Assembly: GCA_050331235.1 (NCBI GenBank)
Contig: JBHJHA010000035.1
Coordinates: 64,001 to 128,000 of the forward strand
DNA length: 64,000 bases
Reading direction: 5' to 3'
Source: Leptolyngbyaceae cyanobacterium
Lineage (GTDB): Bacteria > Cyanobacteriota > Cyanobacteriia > Phormidesmidales > Phormidesmidaceae
Shown: piece after piece, positions 9,863 to 20,962 of the stretch
Layout: the number at the start of each line of letters is the position of its first letter
Numbering within the stretch: position 1 is the first letter of the stretch
Made by a program: the position numbers and the translations under genes
The notes under the pieces: generated by a model
Told to the model about the DNA's origin: nothing
The model's input: the letters and a program-made list of their open reading frames with translations, nothing else
Database searches by the model: none

Positions 9863-10447
9863 TTAAGGCTGTGAAGGCGCTTCGAAGCTGCGAAACTGCT
9901 TGGCGATCAGCCAAGGAACACCGATGCCAATGATCAGGTTGCCCAAGAGCCAGAGCAAAGATAGCGAACTCCCAAAGCCATGAATGTAGAATCCACGACG
10001 GGTTGAGGAGAGCAGTGCATCCCAAAGCAGGTGAGCGCTGATGCCGACAGACAGCCCAATGGCGCAATCGCGCAGTAGATTGACCAGATCTCTTTGGAAC
10101 TGAGGGATTGAAGTCTTTTGGCTGAGCCAGAGCCAGATACCCAGCATCCCCATGGGAATGAGAACCGAATGGAACAGCCAGCTACGATGAATCAGCCATC
10201 TCAAGCCAGTGATTTTGTAAAGGGGAATATCCCAATCGGGAAAAGCCATATAAAAGAAGGTATGGCTCAATACTGGCAAACCTAACTTGCGGAAAAAGAA
10301 TAGCCCACTTGCTCCCCAGACCAGCATGATCAGAAAGGCGATTGGGTTGATCGTGCGGGCAGCGGAGCGGCTGTAGCGCTCTAGCAGCCACCAGAACGCT
10401 ATCCCAACGGCAAGACCAATTGCAAAGTGCAGAAGTTTATCGACCAA
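9863..10447 (-). CDS. Membrane protein, possibly a metal-dependent hydrolase
   Basis: Hydrophobic ORF with His/Asp motifs DKLLH, FPDWD, HRSWLFHS, SAHLLWD; non-ATG start. Confidence 0.6.
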   Translation of the reverse strand: MVDKLLHFAIGLAVGIAFWWLLERYSRSAARTINPIAFLIMLVWGASGLFFFRKLGLPVLSHTFFYMAFPDWDIPLYKITGLRWLIHRSWLFHSVLIPMGMLGIWLWLSQKTSIPQFQRDLVNLLRDCAIGLSVGISAHLLWDALLSSTRRGFYIHGFGSSLSLLWLLGNLIIGIGVPWLIAKQFRSFEAPSQP

Positions 10448-10735
10448 TGGACCTCATGGAGTCATCAAAAGCTTTTGTAAGCCTTTGAATTAATACAGTT
10501 TACTGCTCAGGATTTCCGAAAATCACGGGGCAAATACTTGACCAATATATTTCGGCGACAAACAGATCCGGGTTGAGTGGTGCATGAGCTTCGCTGTTGG
10601 CGGAGCCGCGCCGCTGGTGCTGTGCACCCTACGGCCCTCGCGATCGCCCGGTACAACCGTATCTATTGATTTGTTGATGAAAGGGCACTCTTCAGATTTG
10701 TAAGGGAGTTGGAGGGGCGATCTCGATACCGTTAT

Positions 10736-10927
10736 TTAGGGTTTTAGAGAGCATTGTTGACGAGTGATCAGCAATGCCAAAACGGTGTAGAACATCGCGT
10801 AGTAGAACCGGTTGATGGCCCCTTTGTAGAATTTGCTTTGTAGCAGAAGTTGGCCCTCATACAGAGCATCTCTGGCCTGTTGCAAGCGCGAGTTTACCAA
10901 GACTTGAATATCGTCTGGCTGAGTCAT
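10736..10927 (-). pseudogene. Truncated HEPN-domain protein of an MNT-HEPN pair
   Basis: RLQQARDAL...AINRFYYAMFY is a typical HEPN N-terminal half; ORF stops at 63 aa and I found no continuation in other frames. Confidence 0.7.
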
Positions 10928-11033
10928 GCGGCTATCCCTTCGCGCAAGATCGTTTGCAGGAAAGGGCTGGCCGATCGCGGGCTGGCTTCAAACTGCTGAC
11001 GAGTATATTTGACGGTGGCAATCAGCACGTTGA
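10924..11033 (-). pseudogene. C-terminal fragment of a minimal nucleotidyltransferase (MNT)
   Basis: Hand translation VNVLIATVKYTRQQFEASPRSASPFLQTILREGIAA*; its TGA overlaps the HEPN ATG (ATGA); N-terminal half absent. Confidence 0.6.
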
Positions 11034-11115
11034 CTACGATGAAGTCGATCTCGATGACGTTTGGGGAGTTATTCAGAGAGATCTGCCGCAACTATTGACT
11101 GATATAGAGCCTTGA
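11032..11115 (+). pseudogene. C-terminal fragment of a DUF86/HepT-like RNase toxin
   Basis: Hand translation DYDEVDLDDVWGVIQRDLPQLLTDIEP* resembles the DUF86 C-terminus; no start and no RxxxxH motif. Confidence 0.6.
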
Positions 11116-11374
11116 GTCGTGTCTGAGCAGACCTGAGATCGCCCTTACCATTCCTGACAGTGCGATCGTGCTGCTCGGGTTTGCGGTGGAGTGGAGATGA
11201 GATCGCGGGAGAAGATATCCGCGCCACCCAATTACTATTGTGATTGACGATGGCTCTTGTTTTCGCTGACTCAATCTAGCCTACGGCGATTTGCGATCGC
11301 ACTAAAAACAATCGATCAGGAATCTGGAGCAATTAGATAAATATAATGACTTAGAGTTACTAAATTTTGATTTG

Positions 11375-12568
11375 ATGAATCCAGACAAACTCAAAAGGCT
11401 CCTGAAGCAGATAGAGACAATAGCTAACTTTGAGTCAAACCAGCGGCATAAGGAAATTCAAGAAACCGCTGATCGAAAGAAAGTCCTCCATGATCTAGAA
11501 AAAGAATGGGGAGACAAGTTTTCGGTAAACTCTATAAATAAAAGGCTATCAACTTTAATTAAAATAGCTGCCTCTGAAGGATCTAAAGCTTTAATAGATT
11601 CTCTCAAAACTGAGGATGAGTATTACAAAAATCTTAAAGATAATCAATCCGTATATGTACCTGTGGGTGGGATTGAAATAATAGATCTTGATCATCTTGA
11701 ACTTGGAAATATTCGCCTTGAATAAATTCAAGGAGATAAGCTTGAACATATTCTTCAAAGAATGCACTCTATCACTCGCTTAACTATCCATACAGACAAA
11801 GAGAAAGACTGGATAGTGAAGCAAGATAGAGAAGAAATAACCAGCATTTTTAGCGGAAAGGTTAGCTCTAACTATGAGATTATTGCAGAACCTGATAGAG
11901 CTATGGAGATAGCAGTTCTTGAAACAAGTCGTTCCCTTGAATTATTGCGATATTCAATTTGGGCTGTTCATCCTAACGGAGCACAAAGAATAGATGTTGG
12001 GTTAATGAGTGACACTCTCAAAGGGCGACGAAATGCAATAGCTTTATCCGAAACACAGTTTCTTAGCAGATGGAAAAGAACGACTTTACCCTTGCGAATT
12101 GAACCAAGTACAATGCATAAGCTTCGAAACGCAGGCGTTTTTAAGTTATCGAATATTATGAAGAAATCGAATAAGACCAACTTAGAAACATGTCTATTGA
12201 GATTTTTACATTGGATTTCCGATTCCTATTCCCAAACAGAAATGGAGAATCAACTTGTGTCTCTTTTGGTTGGATTAGAGGCAGTTTTCGGATCTGGAAA
12301 TAACTCTGTAGGATTTGGATCTGCAATGATGATAGGTGAGAGTTTAAGTGACAGAAAAAAAATAAAAGAAAAGGTTTCTGTTCTTTACAAATATAGAAAC
12401 GGAGTAGTTCACGGCAGTAAAAATAATTTGATTGTTGTAGAGGATGTCCATTACCTGCGTAATATAACAATGAAATTGATGATTAATATTCTTGAACTGA
12501 TAGATGTACAACAACTCAAGTCAACTGGAGATTTAAAGGAACTTATACAAGAGAGACAGTTATCTTAG
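11375..12568 (+). pseudogene. AT-rich Apea-like HEPN-domain protein interrupted by one in-frame TAA
   Basis: ORFs 11372-11725 and 11762-12568 share a frame and the 36 nt between them are open (IQGDKLEHILQR); LEAVFG and LYKYRNGVVHG (RxxxxH) motifs. Confidence 0.7.
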
Positions 12569-12701
12569 TACGATTACCCCTCTACATTAATTTAATTGAT
12601 GCCAGGAAGTCGAAAAAACAAAAGGCAATCGGAGATCGCCCTGCGGACGGGCTAATGCTAAAGCAATGGGAATTTGAAACGATGGGAGTGGGGAGCGATT
12701 T

Positions 12702-13124
12702 TTATTCAGGAATCTTTAGCAGCTTGGCTTCAAAGAGCAAATAGCGTTCCGCAACCCTTTCAGGGCGATTGAGTTGCAACAATCGCGCCGTGACTCTGCC
12801 GATCGCCGTTAAAGGCAACACTTCTCCGGCGTTGAATTGAAAATGGTCAGTCCAGCGATCTTGGTTAGGCCGATAGAGCCGCACAATTTCCCCATCGTCG
12901 GGGTCAATAGAGGCCACGTCGCTACCTTTGTGTTTATTGCAAAGCGTGCAAGCTAACGCCAAATTGTCTTTGGTTATTTGTCCCCCATGCTTCTCAGAAA
13001 TTACATGATCTACTTCATGGGGCACCAAAACCGCTATTTCAGGTATCAAGCAATATTCACAAGCCGTTTGAGCGCGATCGCGAACGAGTTGCCTTAGCGC
13101 TACCGAGATGTAAGTTTTGCTCAT
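12702..13124 (-). CDS. HNH endonuclease
   Basis: CEYC...EVDHVISEKHGG...NLALACTLCNKHKG. Confidence 0.92.
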   Translation of the reverse strand: MSKTYISVALRQLVRDRAQTACEYCLIPEIAVLVPHEVDHVISEKHGGQITKDNLALACTLCNKHKGSDVASIDPDDGEIVRLYRPNQDRWTDHFQFNAGEVLPLTAIGRVTARLLQLNRPERVAERYLLFEAKLLKIPE

Positions 13125-13126
13125 GC

Positions 13127-13480
13127 TTAAGATGCTTGCAAATTGAGCAAAGCCTTGGCTTTAGCCATTCTCACCAAATGCTCAACATATTCATACTGCT
13201 GCCACCAGCGTTCTTCTTCCGGTGTCAATCCAGCCGTCTGATTTTTTTCCAATAACTGGGTAACTTGTTGCTGAAGTGCTGCCGATGGTTGCAACGCCAA
13301 GATTTCCTCAGAAGAAGGTAGGCTTGCCAAAATCTCTAGCACCTCTGCCAATCCAGAGAAACCAGACTGCCCCTGGGCGTTCCATTCGCGCAAGCCCAAT
13401 TCTAGAATTTCTGGCAGCTTGTCTTGTAAAGTACTGAGCCGCAGCGCCAAATCATCTGGAATGTCAACACTAATTTGCAT
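13127..13480 (-). CDS. Small antitoxin-like partner protein upstream of the HNH gene
   Basis: MQISVDIPDDLA N-terminus resembles a ribbon-helix-helix start; 2-bp gap to the HNH gene. Confidence 0.65.
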   Translation of the reverse strand: MQISVDIPDDLALRLSTLQDKLPEILELGLREWNAQGQSGFSGLAEVLEILASLPSSEEILALQPSAALQQQVTQLLEKNQTAGLTPEEERWWQQYEYVEHLVRMAKAKALLNLQAS

Positions 13481-13689
13481 GCTTGAGCATTAAAACGACC
13501 AAAGATATTTTCAATACTAGCCCAACTAACGCTATACCCCAGGGCGATCGCCTACGGCCAGGCTAGCGGCAATGCAAAGGGATTTGAAAGGCGATCGCTT
13601 TCAACCCTACCTTTACGTCAGAGTTCGATGGAGCGATCGCCTTTTAGGGCTAGTGTGAAACGGTGGAAGTGTGAAGCGATCTCCCCCTT

Positions 13690-14259
13690 TCACGAATCCC
13701 CACGCGGATTCAAGAGTTGGGCAACACCGATCGCCAAGTCTGGAAATTGGGGCGATTTGAGCGTGTCGTTGCCGGTCAATTCCTGCGCCTCGTATAGGCC
13801 ATCCACCAGCGTCAACACCGTCACCTTGGCGCGGCTGGGGTCAATAATCCAATACTCCCCAATGCCCCGCGCTGCATATTCCGATCGCTTATACCGATAA
13901 TCGCGATCTTCATTCACCTTTCCTGGCGACACCACCTCCACCACTAACAATGGCGCAGGCATCGCTTCCATAATGGTGCTGCGACCTTTAGTCTCCAAAG
14001 CATTGGCTAAATCATCTCCCAGCACCATCAAATCAGGTACACGCACTCGTCCAGCAACCACAAGTTCGGTGTCCATCCGACGTAGCCACCGCAGCGGCAC
14101 ACATGACAAGAGCTGGCTCAATAAAAACAGAGAGACGAGGTTGTTTTGAGGACTCTCTGGCGGCATCTCAATAATTTCTCCGTCCACAAACTCGCAGCGA
14201 TGTTCTGGGCTCTCTTCTAAGCTCAGATAATCTACCAGCGTCAGTTTGGTGGCGACCAT
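13690..14259 (-). CDS. Uma2 (DUF820) family endonuclease-fold protein
   Basis: EFVDGEIIEMPPES, RVPDLMV, LVVEVVSPG, DYRYKRSEYAARGIGEYWIIDP. Confidence 0.93.
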   Translation of the reverse strand: MVATKLTLVDYLSLEESPEHRCEFVDGEIIEMPPESPQNNLVSLFLLSQLLSCVPLRWLRRMDTELVVAGRVRVPDLMVLGDDLANALETKGRSTIMEAMPAPLLVVEVVSPGKVNEDRDYRYKRSEYAARGIGEYWIIDPSRAKVTVLTLVDGLYEAQELTGNDTLKSPQFPDLAIGVAQLLNPRGDS

Positions 14260-14289
14260 GCTCCGGCATCTCCGCAAGCGTCAGCGCTT

Positions 14290-16188
<1,899 letters not shown>

Positions 16189-16670
16189 AGAAGCTGCTCC
16201 TTAAAGATCACGATTTTCGGTCGCTGAGCTCACCGTCAACGCTGACCGGACAGGGCCCAATGCCAAAGTTTGGACGCACAATCGGTCGCTGTCCAATCCA
16301 TCTGGATGTGCATGATACAACTTATTGGCTGGAGTCGCCGTGCGATCGCTGCACCCATGCCCCAAAGCTCTGAGTTGCCGGTTTTGCCCAGTCTGTTCAC
16401 ACTGGCTACCCGATCTCGCTGCGATCAGACTGCGTTAGTCAGGGGTCAATCGAGTTGATCAGGACGCAAACAAACATCGGCCGTGGGATGGTTTAGACCG
16501 TATTTGAGCTTGCTGTGAGGGCAAGACGCGACTGAAGTTCGCCCGTGGATTCAGCTTTCTTCATCAAGATCACCGCCGGGGGTGGCAGCTTTGGCGGAGC
16601 AGACGGGCATTTTGAGAGGGGTGCTCAGGGCAAAAACGAGGGTGTAAAGGTGGGTCTCTAAGGAGCAAAT

Positions 16671-17723
16671 ATGAGTAGCGATCGCATACGGTTGGCGCAG
16701 TTTGGGGTGGGCCGCTGGGGCAATCATCTGTTGAGAAATTTTCTGGCTTTGCCCGCGGTCGACGTAGTGGCAGTGGTAGAGCCGCGCCATGACCAGCATG
16801 GCGCGATTCGCGAGAGGTTTAACTTGGGACCGGCGGTTGACTTAACGACAGATGCGGCCACGGTGCTGACACGCGGGGATGTGGATGCGGTGGCGATCGT
16901 CACGCCTGCAGCGACGCACTATGAGCTCATCAAAACTGCCCTCAAAAATGGCAAGCATGTCTTAGCTGAAAAGCCGCTGACCTTGGATGTGCGCGAGTGT
17001 GAAGAGCTCTGTGAACTCGCAGCCCAGGAAGCACTGCGGTTGATCATTGACCATACTTACCTATTCCATCCGGTGGTGCAGACGGGGCACCAGGTATTGG
17101 CCAAGCAGCCGCTAGGGCCCCTACGCTATGGCTATGCCACGCGCACTAATTTGGGCCCGGTGCGACCCGATGTCGATGCCCTCTGGGATTTGGCGGTGCA
17201 TGATATTGCGATTTTTAATTACTGGTTGGGGGAATTGCCCACTCAGGTTGTGGCCCAGGGGCAGATATGGCTGCAGGGCGATCGCCCTGCAGCTCCCCAT
17301 TTTCCCCAGGGACTTGCCGATGTGGCTTGGCTGCGCCTGGTTTACCCCAGCGGGTTTGAGGCGACAATTCACGTCTGCTGGGCCAACCCGGATAAGCAGC
17401 GGCGATTGGGCATCGTGGGCGATCGCGGCACGCTCATTTTTGATGAAATGCAGCGGGACACCCCCCTGGTTTTACAGCAGGGGGAGTTTGCCCCACAGGG
17501 CCGCTATTATGTGCCCCAGGGATTAGACCGCCAGGCGATCGCCATTCCCGATGGCGAGCCGCTAACAAATGTGTGGCAGCATTTTGTTGATTGTCTGAGC
17601 AAATCGGTGGACTCGCCCGTGTCGTCGGGGCAGGTGGGTGCTGATTTGGTGGAGATTTTGGTGGCGCTCTCTCAGTCCCTCAACCAGGGGGGCCGCCCGA
17701 TTAAAGTGAACGAAGTGGTTTAA
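16671..17723 (+). CDS. Gfo/Idh/MocA family oxidoreductase
   Basis: GVGRWG, HVLAEKP, WDLAVHD; AAGGAG ribosome-binding site. Confidence 0.92.
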   Translation: MSSDRIRLAQFGVGRWGNHLLRNFLALPAVDVVAVVEPRHDQHGAIRERFNLGPAVDLTTDAATVLTRGDVDAVAIVTPAATHYELIKTALKNGKHVLAEKPLTLDVRECEELCELAAQEALRLIIDHTYLFHPVVQTGHQVLAKQPLGPLRYGYATRTNLGPVRPDVDALWDLAVHDIAIFNYWLGELPTQVVAQGQIWLQGDRPAAPHFPQGLADVAWLRLVYPSGFEATIHVCWANPDKQRRLGIVGDRGTLIFDEMQRDTPLVLQQGEFAPQGRYYVPQGLDRQAIAIPDGEPLTNVWQHFVDCLSKSVDSPVSSGQVGADLVEILVALSQSLNQGGRPIKVNEVV

Positions 17724-17785
17724 CCTTCGACATCCAGGCCGCAGCATGTGCCATCTTGAGAGGGTGTGATCAGAGGAGCAGCAGC

Positions 17786-18916
17786 ATGTTCCAGGGGCTA
17801 TGGACCTGGTTAGAGACGCGATGGGTTGCCCCAGCCTATGCCGGTGGGGTGCTGCTGGGGGTGGCGATCGCCTTTTTTGGGGCAGCGGTCAACAGCATGG
17901 CGGGATGGCTCTATGCCATCAGTGGCGTCATGAGCGCGATCGCGCTGATTAATATTTGGGCATCTCCCCGCAGTCTGCGAGGGGTACAGGTGCAGCGTCA
18001 GCCCATTTGTCCCGTGAGTGTAGGGGAACTGCTCATGGTTGACCTGGAGGTGGAAAATACTACCCCGAGGGCGAAGGTGCTCCTGCAGATTCTCGATCAA
18101 TTACCAGCGGCCTTGGGCCAGCCAGCTGAGCTCTCCATCTCGACGCTATCGGCGCATCAGCATCAGCGCTGGCGTCATACCTGCCATCCCACCCGCCGCG
18201 GCATTTATACCTGGGAAACGGTGAGCTTGCGCACCGCCGCCCCCTTTGGCCTGTTTTGGTGTCAGCGCCAGCGACCCGCTCCGGCCCACGCCACAATTTA
18301 TCCCCAGATCTTGCCCCTGCCCCAATGTCCGCTGATTGACCACCTGGGGGTGGCTTTGGGAGGGCGCTGGCAATCTTCCCGTCAGGCCCAGCAGGCCAGT
18401 CAAGGGTTGACCCGAGCGGTGCGGCCCTATCGCTGGGGCGATCCGACTCGGCTGATCCACTGGCGGACCAGTGCCCGCTACGGTGAGTTGCGGGTGCGTG
18501 AGCTCGAAGAGCAAACGGCTGATAATCAGGTGATTATTGGGCTTGATACCCGCGATCGCTGGACGCCGGCAGCGTTTGAATCCGCCGTGATTGGGGCGGC
18601 CAGTCTCTACATTTATAGCTTGCAGCGGCAGCTCTCGGTGGCGCTTTGGCTACCTGACACGGGCTTGCTCGATCATAAGCACGCCGTTCTCTCGGCCTTG
18701 GCTGAGGTGATGCCAGACCGTCCTCAAACCCAGCGTCTCCCTGCCCAACCTCTGATTTGGCTGGGCGCAGCACCCCCCTCTACCCTGCCCGATGGGAGTC
18801 TCTGGGTGCAGTGGCGAGAGGCCACCAGGGCGCAACCGGACTCCCGCTTGAAGCCGACGTTGACGATTGATCCAGAGCAAGATTTGGCTGAGCAAATGAA
18901 CGCTGAGCTGCGGTAA
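17786..18916 (+). CDS. DUF58 domain membrane protein
   Basis: Two N-terminal TM helices; RRGIY...APFGLF; VRPYRWGDPTRLIHWRTSAR; GAGGAG upstream of ATG 17786. Confidence 0.9.
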   Translation: MFQGLWTWLETRWVAPAYAGGVLLGVAIAFFGAAVNSMAGWLYAISGVMSAIALINIWASPRSLRGVQVQRQPICPVSVGELLMVDLEVENTTPRAKVLLQILDQLPAALGQPAELSISTLSAHQHQRWRHTCHPTRRGIYTWETVSLRTAAPFGLFWCQRQRPAPAHATIYPQILPLPQCPLIDHLGVALGGRWQSSRQAQQASQGLTRAVRPYRWGDPTRLIHWRTSARYGELRVRELEEQTADNQVIIGLDTRDRWTPAAFESAVIGAASLYIYSLQRQLSVALWLPDTGLLDHKHAVLSALAEVMPDRPQTQRLPAQPLIWLGAAPPSTLPDGSLWVQWREATRAQPDSRLKPTLTIDPEQDLAEQMNAELR

Positions 18917-18994
18917 CGCTGTTTAGATATAAGGGGAGACGCCAAATCTGTGGGGGTGAGCTACCGTAGCGACACCGATGTCTCAGATGGATGG

Positions 18995-19417
18995 ATGAGT
19001 CCCATGGCCCGACTTAAATCATTGGGGGCAGGTGTACTGCTCCTGTTGGGATTTTGGGGTTTGGGGAGAGCCGCTGACATGGGCCTCAACCGGAATCCCA
19101 ACGTGCTAGAAAAACGCGAGACGATCGCCGCTGGTCTTTTACTCGGCCTACCTGCGACGGTGGGGGGTGGCTGGCTGCTGTGGCACAACCGTCGTCAGCA
19201 GCGGCTGCGACAGGCACAACACCTAAGGGCGACCTTTTTTACGCTGCTGCAGGCAAAACAGGGCAAAATCACGCCATTAGCTCTGGCCATGGCGGCCAAT
19301 GTGGAAGGGGCGATCGCCACCGCGTATCTCCGAGATCGCAGTCTTGACTTTGATGCAACCTTTCAAGTCGATGCGGAGGGCAACGTGGTCTACTGCTTTC
19401 CGGTGGAGACGAGCTAA
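18995..19417 (+). CDS. Hypothetical membrane protein
   Basis: Two TM segments and GKITPLALAMAAN...FDATFQVDAEGNVVYCF C-terminal domain; start uncertain. Confidence 0.7.
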   Translation: MSPMARLKSLGAGVLLLLGFWGLGRAADMGLNRNPNVLEKRETIAAGLLLGLPATVGGGWLLWHNRRQQRLRQAQHLRATFFTLLQAKQGKITPLALAMAANVEGAIATAYLRDRSLDFDATFQVDAEGNVVYCFPVETS

Positions 19418-19499
19418 CTTGAGAGGTTGACTATTCTGACGATGGCTAATATTGGGCTGATCCTGATTTGTGGCTGTCGGACGACAGAGGCTCTAGGAA

Positions 19500-19613
19500 T
19501 AATACCCATTCTTTGTAATCGCTACAGATTTAACGATCCCCCGCTGTCGCTGCCCCTTGAAAAAGGGGCTTTGAAGGATCTATGTATAGTCGTGATTTGC
19601 AGGATTCGTATAA
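19500..19613 (-). mobile_element. MITE-like dispersed repeat, copy 2 (inverted orientation)
   Basis: Reverse complement aligns with the copies at 6357, 39549 and 58872. Confidence 0.8.
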
Positions 19614-19718
19614 AGCCTTGGCTCATCCTCCTGCTTGACCATGGCTCTACTCCTAGCTGACCAGCAGCAAAGAGCCATCCGATCCCAACCCAGTCACCCT
19701 CAAAAGCTTTGATCTCCT

Positions 19719-19885
19719 ACCGATCCTCCCTTCTGCGAGGTCCAGGACGGCGGACTCGTCCTGGACGAGGGGGGCTGGGGGAAATCGAAATTCCCCCAGT
19801 CAGCCTGACTGCACCTGATCCGAATTGAGATCGGCCCAGGATGTAACGTCTTCCCTAACAGAATTAGGGTGCTCTCACGGTCGGT
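19719..19885. other. Hairpin-rich non-coding element (candidate ncRNA or mobile-element end)
   Basis: Stems at 19740-19766 (10 bp), 19775-19799 (9 bp), 19814-19840 and 19853-19869; possible closing helix 19719-19725/19879-19885. Confidence 0.45.
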
Positions 19886-19961
19886 GAAGCCGCATTGGCT
19901 TAAGATTGAGCCATTTGCCCGGTTCCTTTGTGGGCAAGTCGATGCTTGCTTTTCCACCGCT

Positions 19962-20438
19962 ATGGCCCATTCATCTCCCCAGCCTCATCCTTTGCTCACA
20001 GCAGCCGCGATCGCTGCGATGCCAGAGGAGACTTTTGTTCATCCGCTCAATGAAAATGCCGTGCGCCATACGCGATCGCTGGCGGCGGCCACAGGCTGTT
20101 TACATCTGGGGGTGCATTTGGTGCGGGTGCTGCCAGGGCACGACTCAACCGCCTATCACCGTCACCGGGGCGAGGAGGAATTCATCTACATTCTTTCAGG
20201 GCGTGGCACCACTACGATTGGGGCGGAAACGTTTGAAGTGCAACCAGGGGACTTTATGGGCTTCCGCCCGGATAGTCCAGCCCATGTCATGCACAACCCT
20301 TTTGCGGAAGACTTGGTGTATCTCGTCGGGGGCTACGACCTCGATTATGACGTGGTGGAGTATCCCCATCATGGAACGCGGATGTATCGTGTGGGCGATC
20401 ATCGTACCTACGAGCCGTTGTCAGGGGACTCAGCCTGA
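19962..20438 (+). CDS. Cupin domain protein
   Basis: YHRHRGEEEFIYILSGRG and VQPGDFMGF...AHVMHN cupin motifs; start placed at ATG 19962. Confidence 0.9.
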   Translation: MAHSSPQPHPLLTAAAIAAMPEETFVHPLNENAVRHTRSLAAATGCLHLGVHLVRVLPGHDSTAYHRHRGEEEFIYILSGRGTTTIGAETFEVQPGDFMGFRPDSPAHVMHNPFAEDLVYLVGGYDLDYDVVEYPHHGTRMYRVGDHRTYEPLSGDSA

Positions 20439-20596
20439 ACTGTTGTGAGTTGAGGGACAGCTTGACAGGATTTTAGGAACAGGATGCCCTGGCTGAAATG
20501 GCAAACGGTGGCCAGGATCGATCATTTGAGGGGGCTGACGATGGGCAAGGGGGCGATCGGGTAGAGTGATGGGTGTTGTCTCAAGGAAAACCCCCA

Positions 20597-20947
20597 ATGC
20601 CGCTCATCAAAGTTCAAACGTCACTTCCCATGCCTGACAAAGCTGAAGTTGAGGCAATGCTCAAGGAACTTTCTAGCAGCTTGGCGTCTCACCTGGGCAA
20701 ACCCGAATCCTATGTGATGACAGCCTTTGAAGGCGATATTCCCATGACTTTTGCCGGTACGACCGAGCCAGTTTGCTTCATCGAGATTAAGAGCGTTGGC
20801 AAAATGGGGACGAAGACCCAGGCCATGAGCAATGATTTTTGCGCCAAGGTTGAGGATGCCTTAGGCGTGCCCAAAAACCGCACCTACATTGAGTTTGCCG
20901 ATGCGGCCGGAGCCATGTGGGGCTGGAACGGCACCACGTTTGGCTAA
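20597..20947 (+). CDS. MIF/phenylpyruvate tautomerase-like protein
   Basis: N-terminal Pro (MPLIKVQT), LGKPESYVM, RTYIEF, WGWNGTTF. Confidence 0.93.
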   Translation: MPLIKVQTSLPMPDKAEVEAMLKELSSSLASHLGKPESYVMTAFEGDIPMTFAGTTEPVCFIEIKSVGKMGTKTQAMSNDFCAKVEDALGVPKNRTYIEFADAAGAMWGWNGTTFG

Positions 20948-20962
20948 GATGGCATCCGTCTT

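Noticed and set aside
16189..16670. glmS ribozyme or psaC in the long region upstream of glmS
   Set aside because: No recognisable ribozyme core and no CxxCxxCxxxCP ferredoxin-type ORF
19700..19957. 85-aa minus-strand ORF over the hairpin element
   Set aside because: No protein-like features; better explained as an incidental frame across structured DNA
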